DNA of 64,000 bases from Selaginella moellendorffii (Eukaryota; Plantae; Lycopodiophyta): assembly GCF_000143415.4 (NCBI RefSeq), contig NW_003314265.1, positions 386,405-450,404 on the forward strand, given 5' to 3'. Made by a program: the position numbers and the translations under genes. The notes beneath the pieces were generated by a model. The model saw nothing but the letters and a program-made list of their open reading frames with translations. It did not search any database and had not been told where the DNA came from. Of the stretch, positions 1-11,475 are shown one piece after another; positions within the stretch are counted from its first letter, which is position 1, and every line of letters starts with the position of its first letter.

Positions 1-540
1 GCGGTCAAAAAGAATTCTTTCCCTCGATCGCTCCCAGGAATGCGATCGCGCAGAGCTCCAATGCCGCGGCGAGAGAGGAAGAGAGGGAGGGACTGGACCT
101 TTCCTTCTAGAGCCCTCTTTCCGGATTACCGGAATGTACCACCAGATAAACGATGGACGGACAGGGATTCGCGATCGGACGGCCGCCAAGAAATATCTAT
201 CTCCTAGAACCCTAAACCCTACCCTCCTACGTAGAAAATTTTGCCTCAAAAAAGAAGCAAAACGTAAATTTATGGATTTTTGTTCTTCAAGTTTTGATGT
301 TCTTCAACACGGCCAATTCAATCTTCTTGAGCGTGGATTGAGCTGCAACACATTCCAATCGATCCAGAGTGAAAAATCCTTCTCAAACACGAAGCTACAA
401 ACTAAAATGTCTGATGCAAAACCTGGAGATCTAGGGCAGTATCATATAGAGAGGAGAAAAGAACTGTAGAAAAAGGAAAAAAGAGAGTGTGTGGATTCCA
501 AGCAAAGGTAAATACCTGAAGAATCCAGCCGCCGCGATGA

Positions 541-777
541 TCAAGGCTTCTTTTTTACAGTCTTCTCCTCGCTGGGAGCAACGCTTTGATAGTATGCAAA
601 CGTGATCACGCCCGTGACGAGCAAAACTCCAGCAAGAAACGCCGGATACCTCCCCGATTTCTTCAACGTAACCCCGCCCTCCTGGTGTAGAACTTGCCTG
701 GATTCGTGAGCAAACATCTCCCGGTGCGCCGTATCTTTCGCTGCCCCGTCCACATCCTTGCCGCCGCCGCCAGCCAT
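541..777 (-). CDS. Small (78 aa) single-pass membrane protein of unknown function
   Basis: ATG at 777 in GCC-rich context, intronless ORF MAGGGGKD...KKKP, one hydrophobic segment FLAGVLLVTGVITFAYY. Confidence 0.55.
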   Translation of the reverse strand: MAGGGGKDVDGAAKDTAHREMFAHESRQVLHQEGGVTLKKSGRYPAFLAGVLLVTGVITFAYYQSVAPSEEKTVKKKP

Positions 778-1190
778 GGATTTGGAGATCGGATCGCTCG
801 CGCTAGGGATTCCCCAGGGGAAGAGCACGAGAAAGAGCCCTAAATTTTTTCTACCCCAAATTCTGTGCCCTGGCCTGTTCTTTCTTTCTCGTGGTGTGCT
901 GTCACCTTGCCAACGGCCTATGCTGCCACGTCGACACACTTTATTAATGCACAGTAAAGGGGTCGGGGGATCGAATCCTGGGAGATGGCCTCGACATGAA
1001 AGTAGAAAGTTTTTGACTTCTCGCGAAAGATTATAGGGTTCTTATTGGATTTGTTGCTCCTAGGTCAGCTGGATCGATTTCCCGGTTCCTCGAGCTGGAT
1101 GACGCATCACAATGGATAATGCGATAGCGCAGGTACGAGAAGGGATAGCGCTGCAGCGAATTCGGCTCGTAGAGTAGAGGAATTTAGGGA

Positions 1191-2326
1191 ATGGCGTGGG
1201 CCGTGAGGAAATCAGGGGTTCGTAGCTTGAATAAGATCTATGCGAATTGGGAGAATGCGAGAGGATTTCAACCGCTTGGTGAGTTGAGGAACAGATTAGA
1301 GAATGGAAGCTCGAGGAACTACTACAGGACGAACTCCTCGAATCAACTCGTAGTCCAGCCATCGTACAATGGGAAAAGAGCGTTTCTTGTGGACACACTC
1401 CAATTGGTATCGTATAGTTTTGTGTGTTGTTTTTTTGGATTGGATGGCTATCTAAGCTGTGGTTCCATTTAAAACAGGTAAGGCGGCTTGAGAAGCAGGG
1501 TCTAACCGATAATCAAGCTGAAGCTATCACCGCTGTGATCACCGAAGTGCTCAATGATAGCTTGGAGAATGTTGCTCAGTCCTTCGTTTCCAAGCCAGAG
1601 ATGCAGCGTGTAAGTGATCGCTTGACGTCTTCGTCACTCACCCGTGCTTTTCGTGTTAGAAAGAGTTGATGCAAGAGGCAGTCCTTTCGAAGTTGAGAGC
1701 AGAGATCGTCAGCCAGCTCGTGAGCTATTTCATTTTCTCGATTTTTTTCAAGTGTCACTTCTGGCTTTTCATCGCAGGAGCATCATGTGTCTACCTCACA
1801 GCGGGAATCAGAACGACTACGGACAGATCTTGACAAGCTGAAAAGCGAGTTGAAGTAAGTCGTAAGTAAAGTCCTGAGTTCCTCCTCAACCACTGTTTTC
1901 CGCTTGTAGATACGAGATCGACAAGGTTACAGCAGGCCAGCGCCTTGATCTCAACCTTGAAAAGGGGTAGGCAAACTCTCCGCGATTTTGGTTTTCTAGA
2001 ACTTTGTCACTCTCTCTCCAGGCGCATCAGGGATGTCCTCGCGAATCAAAGCACCGAGACAGCGAATCTGACAAACAAGCTGGATAGTGTAAGCAATCAT
2101 TTTCACTCAAAAGAATTCTCTGAACGCACCATCTACAGGAGATCCACACTCTCAAGACCCAGCTGGAAGTTGCCAAGTATGATGTGATCAAGTACTGCAT
2201 TGGTAAATCTTTTACACTTCTAAAGCACACCGATAAGATCTCTAAAAGAAAATCTCTTGCGCTGTGACAGGTTCCATCGTCTCCGTAACCGCGGTTGGCC
2301 TTGGTCTACTACGTATCATGATGTGA
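1191..2326 (+). CDS. DUF1640 / FMP32 / CCDC90 (MCUR1-like) mitochondrial coiled-coil protein, multi-exon
   Basis: Spliced motifs AFLVDTLQL|VRRLEKQGLTDNQAEAIT, YEIDKVTAGQRLDLNLEKG|RIRD, AKYDVIKYCI|GSIVSVTAVGLGLLRIMM*; short GT-AG introns. Confidence 0.88.
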
Positions 2327-3193
2327 AGAAAAGAAAACGTCCAAGAGTTCGTGAATAAAAAAAAACTAAAAAAAAAATCAAAGAGAAACGAAGAACATAG
2401 AAGATGGTGATCACGTCGCATTCTTTTTTAATCTTTGCCTTGAAGCGAAACAATAGTGGAAGGATCGCTCACTGCCCAAGGTTGGAGCTTGCATTGTATT
2501 CAAGCCATTTGGACATGGCACACAAGGAAGGATCCTATTAAGCGTAGTTTGGTGGAAAGAGGGAAGAAGCCATTAAAAAATTCCTTGTTGTCCGTTGGAT
2601 GAATTAAATAAAGAAAGGTGAGAAAGATGGTAGCTTTGACGAGTGAAAAAGATGACAAAAACGCAAAAGCGAGGAACTTCACGATCCCCAACGTCTTTCT
2701 ACCGCGGCCCCGTGATTTTACTGGACTTTTTGACCCGGGTCCCCGTGGTAAAAACGCTCGCACGGTTCGAAACCGCGCGTGAAAACGGAGCGCCGGACCG
2801 GAAAGCCAAACGCGGCCATTGAGGTGTCGCCAGCTGGCAGCACAGTGACGTGGAGAATATGACGTGCTGACGGCCGCTTTGACGGGCGGCAAGGACACTA
2901 TGAAAAAGGACAAGCTAGAGCGCAGTGTAAGGCATCGTTTTACCTATAGAGTGCATTGGAAGGTTCAGGACAACGAACAGGCTAGGGTTCTTGCTCTTCT
3001 TGGAGGCGTAAGCGCGTCTACGCGATCGATAGCTATCGCGCATTGCCGGTGGGCGCGCATTTGGGGAAAAATCTGCCGCGCTGGAGTGGATCGATGCGAC
3101 GGCAGCGGCTCGGGGATGAGATAGCAGGATTTCGCGAAATGTAGGCGAGGAGGTCTCGGGATTTGGATTTCTTGCTCGCGCCGGAGCTGGATT

Positions 3194-5733
3194 ATGGCGA
3201 CATTCAAGAAAGCGGCGACAACGCAGCAGCGATGGCGAAATTTCGGATGCCGCAAATCTGTCGCGGTCTCTCTCGTTGTTTCTGTGATCGCTCCCCTCCT
3301 CTTCCTGGCCGGGCGAGCGGGGAGCTTCACATCAGCGTTTGGTGAGGTTTGCCACGGTTTTCGTCCAGGACCCTGGAAATCCTAACGCATTGAATGCTTC
3401 GCGCAGGTCACAAGGAATTCACCACCGACTGGGCATCGACTCTTGTGAGTAAAACCTCGCTAACTAGTCCATTTGTCCCTTGCGTGCGCTCACTCTCCCA
3501 CCCTCTCTCGATTTTTCCAGAGCCACAGCGAAAGCACGAGAAAGCTGAGCGCATTAGAGCAAAACTTTCCTCAAGAGGTTTGCTTGATGGTTTCTCACCG
3601 GCACTCATCCGAATTTCCGTGACCCTGGCAGGCCCTTAAAGCAGCGTCTACCGATCCAGAGCCCTTGAATCTCAACATCGTTGGCCAGGATTTGTCATCC
3701 TCATTGATTCAAGAAGAAACAATTGATGTCAGCAGGACAGATGCCACCTCTTATCAGGTACAGATTAGCTCCTTTTGCGATTGTCAAGCAGCAATTTTTC
3801 GGGTTTTGCAGCAAGAGGATCCGGCAGAGCACACTGCAGACAAGCTGGAAGAACAAAAATTGGCACTGAGAACTAGCAGCTCAGAGGAGCAGCGAGATAC
3901 GCCTGGTATGCTGTCATGGCTTCGCATTGCTTGTTAGTGCGTTCGTTTGTTTAATGGCTCTCCGTACAGACAATTCTGTTGTTGGTGGACAGCACGATGG
4001 ACCCCAACTCCTTCAAGTTAAGGTACCTTGTTTCCTTTCCATTTTAAGCTGTGCCGTTAAGATAGCTAGAACGTCAGGTGTCGGACTCGGGTGCGGACCA
4101 GATTGGAAAAGAGGAATCCAATGCCAAGGAAAACCCCGTCCCCGAACCAAATCGAAGGAAAGAAAAGAAAGGCAGCATTCACGATTCTTTGATTCGAGCA
4201 TTGCGAGACCAGCTTATTATGGGGAAGGCATACGCAACGCTGGCGCAGGCTCAAAACAACTTACGGCTGCTACAGGAGTTGAAAGTTCAAACCAAAGAAA
4301 TTCAGGAGATTCTTCTCGAGGCAGAGACAGATTCTGAGCTCCCAAACAGGTTCGTACTCATGCATGCTGTTTGCGTTTGCATCTCAACCTTTCTTCTTTC
4401 GGTGCAGTGCTCGCTCAAAGATCAAGTATATGGGGGAAATACTGGAAAGAGCAAAAGCTCAACATTATGACTGCACGGCCATGGTTAAAAAGCTTCGAGC
4501 AATGCTGCACGCCACTGAGCAAGAAGGACGTATGCTCAAGAAACAAAGCGTGTTCCTGAGTCAGCTAGCTGCGAAGACAATTCCCAAGGGCCTTCATTGC
4601 CTTTCGATGCGGTTGAGCGTGGAGTTCTACTCCCTTCCTCCTGAAAGCCGGGAATTACCTCACCAGGAGAATTTGGAAGATCCAAACCTCTACCATTATG
4701 CGCTGTTTTCTGACAACGTATTAGCGACATCAGTGGTGATCAACTCGACTGTTTCTACTGCGAAGGTACGGAATGTTTTCTCGAGACAACGACAGGATGT
4801 TCACATGCGAGTTTGCAGGATCCCAGAAGGCACGTATTTCATCTGGTAACAGATAAGCTCAACTACGGTGCTATGAAGATGTGGTTTCTGGCAAATCCGC
4901 CGAAAGGTGCGACAGTAGACGTCCAGAACATCGACGATTTCAAGTGGCTGAACTCGTCGTACTGCCCGGTTCTTCGTCAGCTCGAATCGGTGACGATGAA
5001 AGAGTACTACTTCCGCTCAAACAATCCTTCGGTGGCAACTGGTTTGAAGTACAGGAATCCCAAGTACCTCTCCATGCTCAACCACTTGCGCTTTTATCTC
5101 CCGGAGATTTACCCCAAGCTGGACAAGATTCTGTTCCTGGACGATGACATCGTGGTCCAGAAAGACTTGACACCTCTCTGGTCCATCAATCTCCGCGGCA
5201 ACGTCAACGGAGCGGTTGAGACGTGCGGGGCCAGCTTCCATCGCTTCGACAAGTATCTCAACTTCTCCAACCCGCTCATCTCCAAGAGCTTCGATCCCAA
5301 CGCGTGCGGCTGGGCCTACGGCATGAACATCTTCGATCTGCGCCAGTGGAGAGACAAAGACATCACTGGCATCTATCACAGATGGCAAGACATGGTTCGT
5401 CTTTTGCTCTTCACGGGACGTTTGTTAATACCCGGTGTTTGTTTTTGTTTCGCACAGAACGAGGACAGGACGCTGTGGAAGCTGGGGACCCTTCCACCAG
5501 GCCTCATTACGTTCTACAACCTCACGTACTCGCTCAACAAGCACTGGCACGTACTGGGGCTGGGCTATAACTCGGAGGTGAAGAGCAAGGACATCCACAG
5601 CGCGGCGGTTATACACTACAATGGCAACATGAAACCGTGGCTGGAGATCGGCATGGCCAAGTACAAGCACTACTGGAGCAGGCACGTAATGTTTGATCAC
5701 CCCTACTTGCAGCAGTGCAACATCAACGAGTAG
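3194..5733 (+). CDS. GAUT: Galacturonosyltransferase (GAUT, GT8 family), multi-exon
   Basis: N-terminal TM anchor; AAKTIPKGLHCLSMRL, YHYALFSDNVLA, YLSMLNHLRFYLPE, LFLDDDIVVQ (DxD), LWKLGTLPPGL, IHYNGNMKPWL. Confidence 0.95.
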
Positions 5734-6076
5734 AGAAAGTTTTGGTTGAGAGGGTCGCGCGGTCGTTTTCGTAAAAGAGGCTGGCGAAGCAAAGCGCGCA
5801 GGGGGTTTTTTCAGAGAGACATGGTCCAATCCAATCTACTAACCAGGAATTCTTCATTCAAGATTTTTCATTCTTTTTTGTTGTTTTCTCTGAAAGCCGG
5901 GTTTTCAAATTTGTAAAATATATCCTGAAAATAAAAGCATGAAATCCAAGAGATATAATACACCTGGAATATTTAAGAACTTCCAGACCATGAGAATGGT
6001 AAAGTTGTGATATTGGGAGGGTAAAGTGATTAATAACGCTGTTTAAAAACTAAACCGCTTTGTACAGGAGAATCAA

Positions 6077-8039
6077 TTATCTCACACGTCGCTCTTGCGG
6101 ACCAATCTTTTTGTTTAGAATACCAGGCTCGTCACAAGCAGCTGCTTGCATGGCGGCTTCTTTTGCTGCCTTCACCACATCGTCGGATGACTCCTGAAAC
6201 ATGAGACAAGCAAACGAATCAGACGAAGTCTTGGATTTGTGAATGACCCACCTGAGCCCACAAACCGCAACGATTGCAGCTGCGACAGGACTTTCCTGGT
6301 TCTCGAGCGTGCTAAACATAAGACAAGAAAGGAAGCAGGAAGCAATTAAGTTCGCTAAGATGTTTGGAAGCCACACCTGACAAAAGTGCGAATAGCCGGC
6401 CGAGATTTTCTGTCGACAAACATAGCACATCATCTGGCCACACCTACACGTGATCTGCGCAACAAAAAGAACCGCAAAAGCGCAAGTTTTGATGGGAAAA
6501 AAGAACTACCAGAAAGAGCCAAACCTTATTGCAACCATCGGTTTTCACAAGCTCGGCTTTGCACGAGAGGCATTCTCTCACGAGAGCCTTTGTCATGAGC
6601 TGCAACAAAGACATTCTGTTTAGCTACAAACCCCTGCGTAAGATTTTGCTTTTCTCACCTCTTCCACTTGCCGTCTCAACGAGGTTTCAGTTTTCTGCCA
6701 AGACCTTGAGTGATTAGATCACGAGCAAGAACTCAAGACTTACTTTCTCAACCTCGTGGCACTCTAGCGGCAGATGATTCGGCTCCTTGCATTTCACGCA
6801 CGAACTCTGGGAGATAACCAAGCCGTCATGCCTTCACTTCAACTTGCAAGGAAAACAACCTTCGCACACATTATGTTTGGACAATCTAGCACTCGAAATC
6901 CGGGATCCAACTCACACGGGAAATTGCAGAACGGACAATACACCTGCACAATAACTTGGATCAATCAACACGGCGAGACGATGATACGTACTAAACCCTC
7001 TAGTCTGGCTCGAGCAACCGATTCCTCGGCCAGCCTTCTCTCATACTTGGACAAGACGTCAGCAGGGAGTGCTCTTGATACCTGGCATGAGATGACTTAG
7101 TGGAAAACTATTAGAGGAAATTTAAAAACCTCAGAGGCGGGGAAAAAACCCGAGCATCCAGCAGTGTCCATGCATGACAAGACTGTGTAACTCTGTCCTC
7201 CTCCGAATGTGGCTTCCTCTACATGGCGCCTCAAGCAGCTAAAACAGAACAGATGGCCATCTACACACTGCAAACACACATTTTACTTCAAAGAAGAACT
7301 CGAGGAAATATGAAGCGAGTACCTGCGCGAGCTGCTCGAACGAGCACTCGGAAAAGCAGCACCCACACTCAAAACTGGCCTCCTTCTCTTCCTTGGCAAT
7401 GCGTCTCTTTACAATCTCAAACTCCCGATCAAAGAGCGGGCAGGACTTTCGAGGACGAACCAATCTTCTCGGAGATTTATTGAGCTTGAATCCCTCTGCC
7501 GGGAGCCAGCTCGAGCTCTCGTTCTCACCACCGTGGTTACCATCCCGCTCTCTTGCCAGTGCCTTGTGATACTCGCTGCGAAGGGCCGCGTAAGAAGGCC
7601 CCAGCTTCCTCATATGCCGCTTTAGAGCCTGCCTCACGCAGAGCACGGTTGCTCGCGGGAATTCGCTACACAGCGTGTAGACACACCACTCCTGGTAAAT
7701 CTCCCCAGCCTCCGGCGGCGGCGGCTTCATCTCAAACACATTCTCGTCCTCTTCTCCCGCCGCCGCCACCGCCACCCCCACCGCCGGTGATCGCGATGAT
7801 CCGCTGGGAGTGGCCCTGGATCTCGCACTTCGACACCTCATCCGCGAGGCTAGCACTGCCGCATCGAATTCCTCCTTGGAGACCGCTCTTACCTGCAATG
7901 CGGTTTCCTCCTCCTCTTCCTCGAGCTGCTTGCCGCGGCAAGCTCGATACGTGTGAGCTCTCTTGGGAGGCAAGAGCGGTGCACCGGAGTCGCCATCGTC
8001 GATCGTGATCGGTCGCTGCGCGGGGTTCCGTTTCCTCAT
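6077..8039 (-). CDS. RBR (RING-IBR-RING) E3 ubiquitin ligase, RNF216/TRIAD3-like, multi-exon
   Basis: FECGCCFSEC..QCVDGHLFCFSCL..LSCMDTAGCSG (RING1), CPFCNF (IBR), MMCYVCRQKISAGYSHFCQ (RING2 end); start MRKRNP inferred. Confidence 0.85.
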
Positions 8040-8355
8040 GGAGAGAACCCTCAGAACCCTAATCCAAACATTCTCATGTATACTTGAAATTTTTCCCATG
8101 CTGTAGACATAGAAGCCAGGCATCTCTTAAACCAGTAGACTGATATTTTGCCCGAGGATTTGTTCACCAAAGACAACCGGCAGGGGAAACATGTGCCAGA
8201 GACGGAAGGCGGGCCTGTCGCTGAATCCCGGCGGACACTGAGAAGTGTTGACTGAGCGCTCTAACCTTGTCAATCCACTTTTCGAGTGATATAAATAGAA
8301 AATAATAATAATAATACAAAATCGAAAATTATTGCAGATATGAGATAAGGATCTA

Positions 8356-8359
<4 letters not shown>

Positions 8360-8393
<34 letters not shown>
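8360..8393. repeat. (TA)n microsatellite
   Basis: Direct run of alternating TA. Confidence 0.95.
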
Positions 8394-8397
<4 letters not shown>

Positions 8398-9510
8398 GTT
8401 CTAGCTTTGGCTTATATTTAGAAACTTATACCACACATGACATATACCAATTACAACACATTTTTTCGAACTATAAAAAGCTTCAATTTATCAGTATCTC
8501 TGTAGCTCTTGAGCTTGCAATGAACCTTTAGATTGTACATCTTTGATTGAATAGAGTCCATTATAGTTGAATCATCATCTTATAGCATAGCCAGCTTACA
8601 TTCAGGCATCCCTACACTTTAATTGGCAGCATCATCAAATGCAACAGCCCATATGTGTCCAGTGCTATCCAGAATACACAAGCTCAATGCATAATATCTC
8701 CAAAACCAATGTCACAAGAGTTGTAATGCCACATGCCTTCTGAAACCTGAGTAACCTTCTTGCTGCATTGCCTTGCATTGACAGCCTTCACACATGCTAG
8801 ATAATAGAAGTCACTAGTCTGGATTTCTTTCACTGACTCAATAATAGGAAAAATATCAGAGTATGCAGAAACCTTTAGGGTGATAGGCAATATCGCAGAT
8901 ACAGTCTTTGTACTGGAAATCACTGCTTTAGAAGACAAGTTGGTCGCACAGAGAAAATTGGTTGTGTCATAGCTAGCAACCATTCATTCATGCAGCTATC
9001 AAACATCTTCTAATTCAGGATCAACCAAAAGTGTAGAGCTACCTATGACTGAAATGTACTTGCCATTGTATTACAAAGTATTACTGGATGCTATGGCAGA
9101 AGAGTATCCAGCTAGGAATACAACAACACCTTACCATCCACATTTAGCAATGTGTCAGCTCTTATTAAAATCTTTAAGGAGTTTGATGAAGTTAGCAGTC
9201 ACTTTTAGCATATCACAAAAAACCTTGTCCATCATCTGCTGGAAAGTTGTTGAAGCATTGTTCAAACTAAATAACATCACCAAGAACTCGTATAAACCAA
9301 ATAGTATACGAAACGCAGTTTTAGGAATATCTTCTTTAGCAATTAGTACTTGTCAGTACCCAGAAGCAAAATCTAACTTGGTGAATTAACAACTTTACTT
9401 TAAACGATCTAAGAAATCAATAGTGTGAGGAAGAGGGTATACATTTGGGATTGTCACTACATTTAAGATGTAGAAATGAATACTCCTATCAGGTTTCGTC
9501 ACAAGATGAA

Positions 9511-10624
9511 TGTAAGCGACTAAATTTTCCATTCTACTTTAGTCACTTAACCACACCTCCGACCACTTGGAGGAGTCTCATTCGCAACCTCCATAAGTCC
9601 AACTCAGGACTTGGGGCTTGCTAGCCCCGAGAATGGCATCCATGCCACTCAACCTTAGCACGTGGTCCAAGTGCTCCACGTGTCCGATCCCATGATCGAC
9701 ACCCCAAGGTACCACCGACGTATCGGCCCGTTACGCTAAGGCCATGCCCATTTACCTTGGTCACACTGGTGGTCCAACACCACCTACATTCCAATCCCGT
9801 CTCTCCAAGACTGGGTCATCCGTCCATGAGTGATCATCCCAGATCCACTCCTTAACATCCTTAGGATGCCTACAGACATGGGGAATAGCCTTCCCCAATA
9901 ACTCTGTTCCAGTCCCCACCAAGTCCCTTTCTGTCCTTGGCTGTGTTTGCCAACACTGCCACTGGATCAAGGCCCACCGGCCCAACCACTAAGTCCCACT
10001 ATCCTCTAGGACTTCCTCACCATGTGACCATATCCTTGGTCTCTACATTAGAGGCCTACTCCTCTTCCTTTCCACAGTCTGGGCCTTTGGGACAACATTT
10101 CGGAACACCGTGGCCTTACGCGAGCCACCTGGGTACTCTCCTCGCCTTCTGCCCTTGGGTGCTCTAGCCATGGGCTTAGAGCGGGTTCCGTTGAGCCACA
10201 CCAGGTATCCAAGTAGGTAGTGCCACCCACACTTGGACTGGGAGCATCGGCCAGTCGATCTCCCGGGGGAACTAGAGCCGGCTCTTGAACACTTCACCAA
10301 GCTACCCCGCTTGTCGGTCCGTGTTCACTCTAGTCTTGGACTTCCCAGTGGGCAGCTCATCACCCAACACTGGGTCCGGCCTTCCTGGGCCAAACTGGCC
10401 TTTCCTGGCCAAACTGGCTCCACTGCAGTCCTCCCCCTACTATACTTTTGGAGCTCACCAAACCCCCCAGGGTCTGGGAGACGAACGCTTTGGGCTTTCA
10501 CCCTCTCAGGCTCCGGACTCGGACTCGGACTCGGACTCGGACTCGGACTCGGATTCGGACTCGGACTCGGACTCGGGCTCGGTCTCGGCCTCGGCCTCGG
10601 CCTCGGTCTCGGTCTCGGTCCCGA

Positions 10625-10656
<32 letters not shown>

Positions 10657-11240
10657 CCGGTCTCGGTCCCGGTCTCGGTCTCGACTTCGGACTCCATCTC
10701 GGACTCCATCTAGGACTCCATCTCGGACTCCATCTCGGACTCCATCTCGGGTCCATCTCGGGTCCATCTCGGACTCCATCTCGGACTCTATCTCGGGTCC
10801 ATCTCGGACTCCATCTCGGACTCCATCTTGGGTCCATCTCGGGTCCATCTCGGACTCCATCTCGGACTCCATCTCGGGTCCATCTCGGACTCCATCTCGG
10901 ACTCCATCTCGGACTCCATCTCGGACTCCATCTCGGGTCCATCTCGGACTCCACTTCGGACTCCAACTCGGGTCCATCTCGGACTCCACTTCGGACTCCA
11001 ACTCGAGTCCATCTCGGACACTCCCACGTGTCATGTGTTGGTCCCTTTTTGGAGCCTCACCTTTTGCCCACTTCGTGCTCGTTCCTCGAGCACTTCGTTG
11101 GGAGTTCCACTCCCGCTCTTGACTTTTCAAGTCGGAGCTTTTGGTCCAAACGTGTTACGCTCGTTTGGCTCTCGCTTCGGCCACTACCATGTGGCGCCCT
11201 TCCGGCTCCACTTTGGGGCCTAGGGATTTTGTGTCTCACA
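9511..11240 (-). repeat. 3' LTR of family A (1730 bp) with internal 6-nt and 12-nt tandem arrays
   Basis: TGTAAGCGAC...GTGTCTCACA; (GGACTC)n, (GGTCTC)n and (GGACTCCATCTC)n at ~10515-11015. Confidence 0.93.
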
Positions 11241-11361
11241 ACTCCACCACCCATAGACGAAGTTCGATGTCCTCATCGAACGGTGAACAATTTTATAAAG
11301 TAACACCCACATGTGTTACCATTTCCATCCTTGGCGCGTAGCCAATATTTGTAAATGGTGT

Positions 11362-11475
11362 GACATTGAAGGCTCACCATGCCTTCTCTATATTCGTCAA
11401 TGGTTGGACATTGAAGGCTCACCATGCCTTCTCCATATTCGTCAATGGTTGGACATTGAAGGCTCACCATGCCTT
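11362..11475. repeat. 46-bp tandem repeat, ~2.5 copies
   Basis: GACATTGAAGGCTCACCATGCCTT repeated three times at 46-bp spacing. Confidence 0.85.

Noticed and set aside
960-990. GGATCGAATCC motif suggesting a tRNA
   Set aside because: No cloverleaf or A-box could be built around it
5017-5829. Antisense ORFs over GAUT (likewise over the TLPs and CDKC)
   Set aside because: Shadow frames of GC3-rich coding exons
8100-8290. GC-richer stretch upstream of the RBR gene as a possible ncRNA or exon
   Set aside because: No recognisable RNA motif or protein similarity
10233-11303. Long GL-, RS-, ES- and SPRW-repeat ORFs on both strands (also 16103-17280, 38387-38844, 42217-43167)
   Set aside because: They arise from stop-free 6- and 12-nt tandem arrays inside LTRs, not from genes
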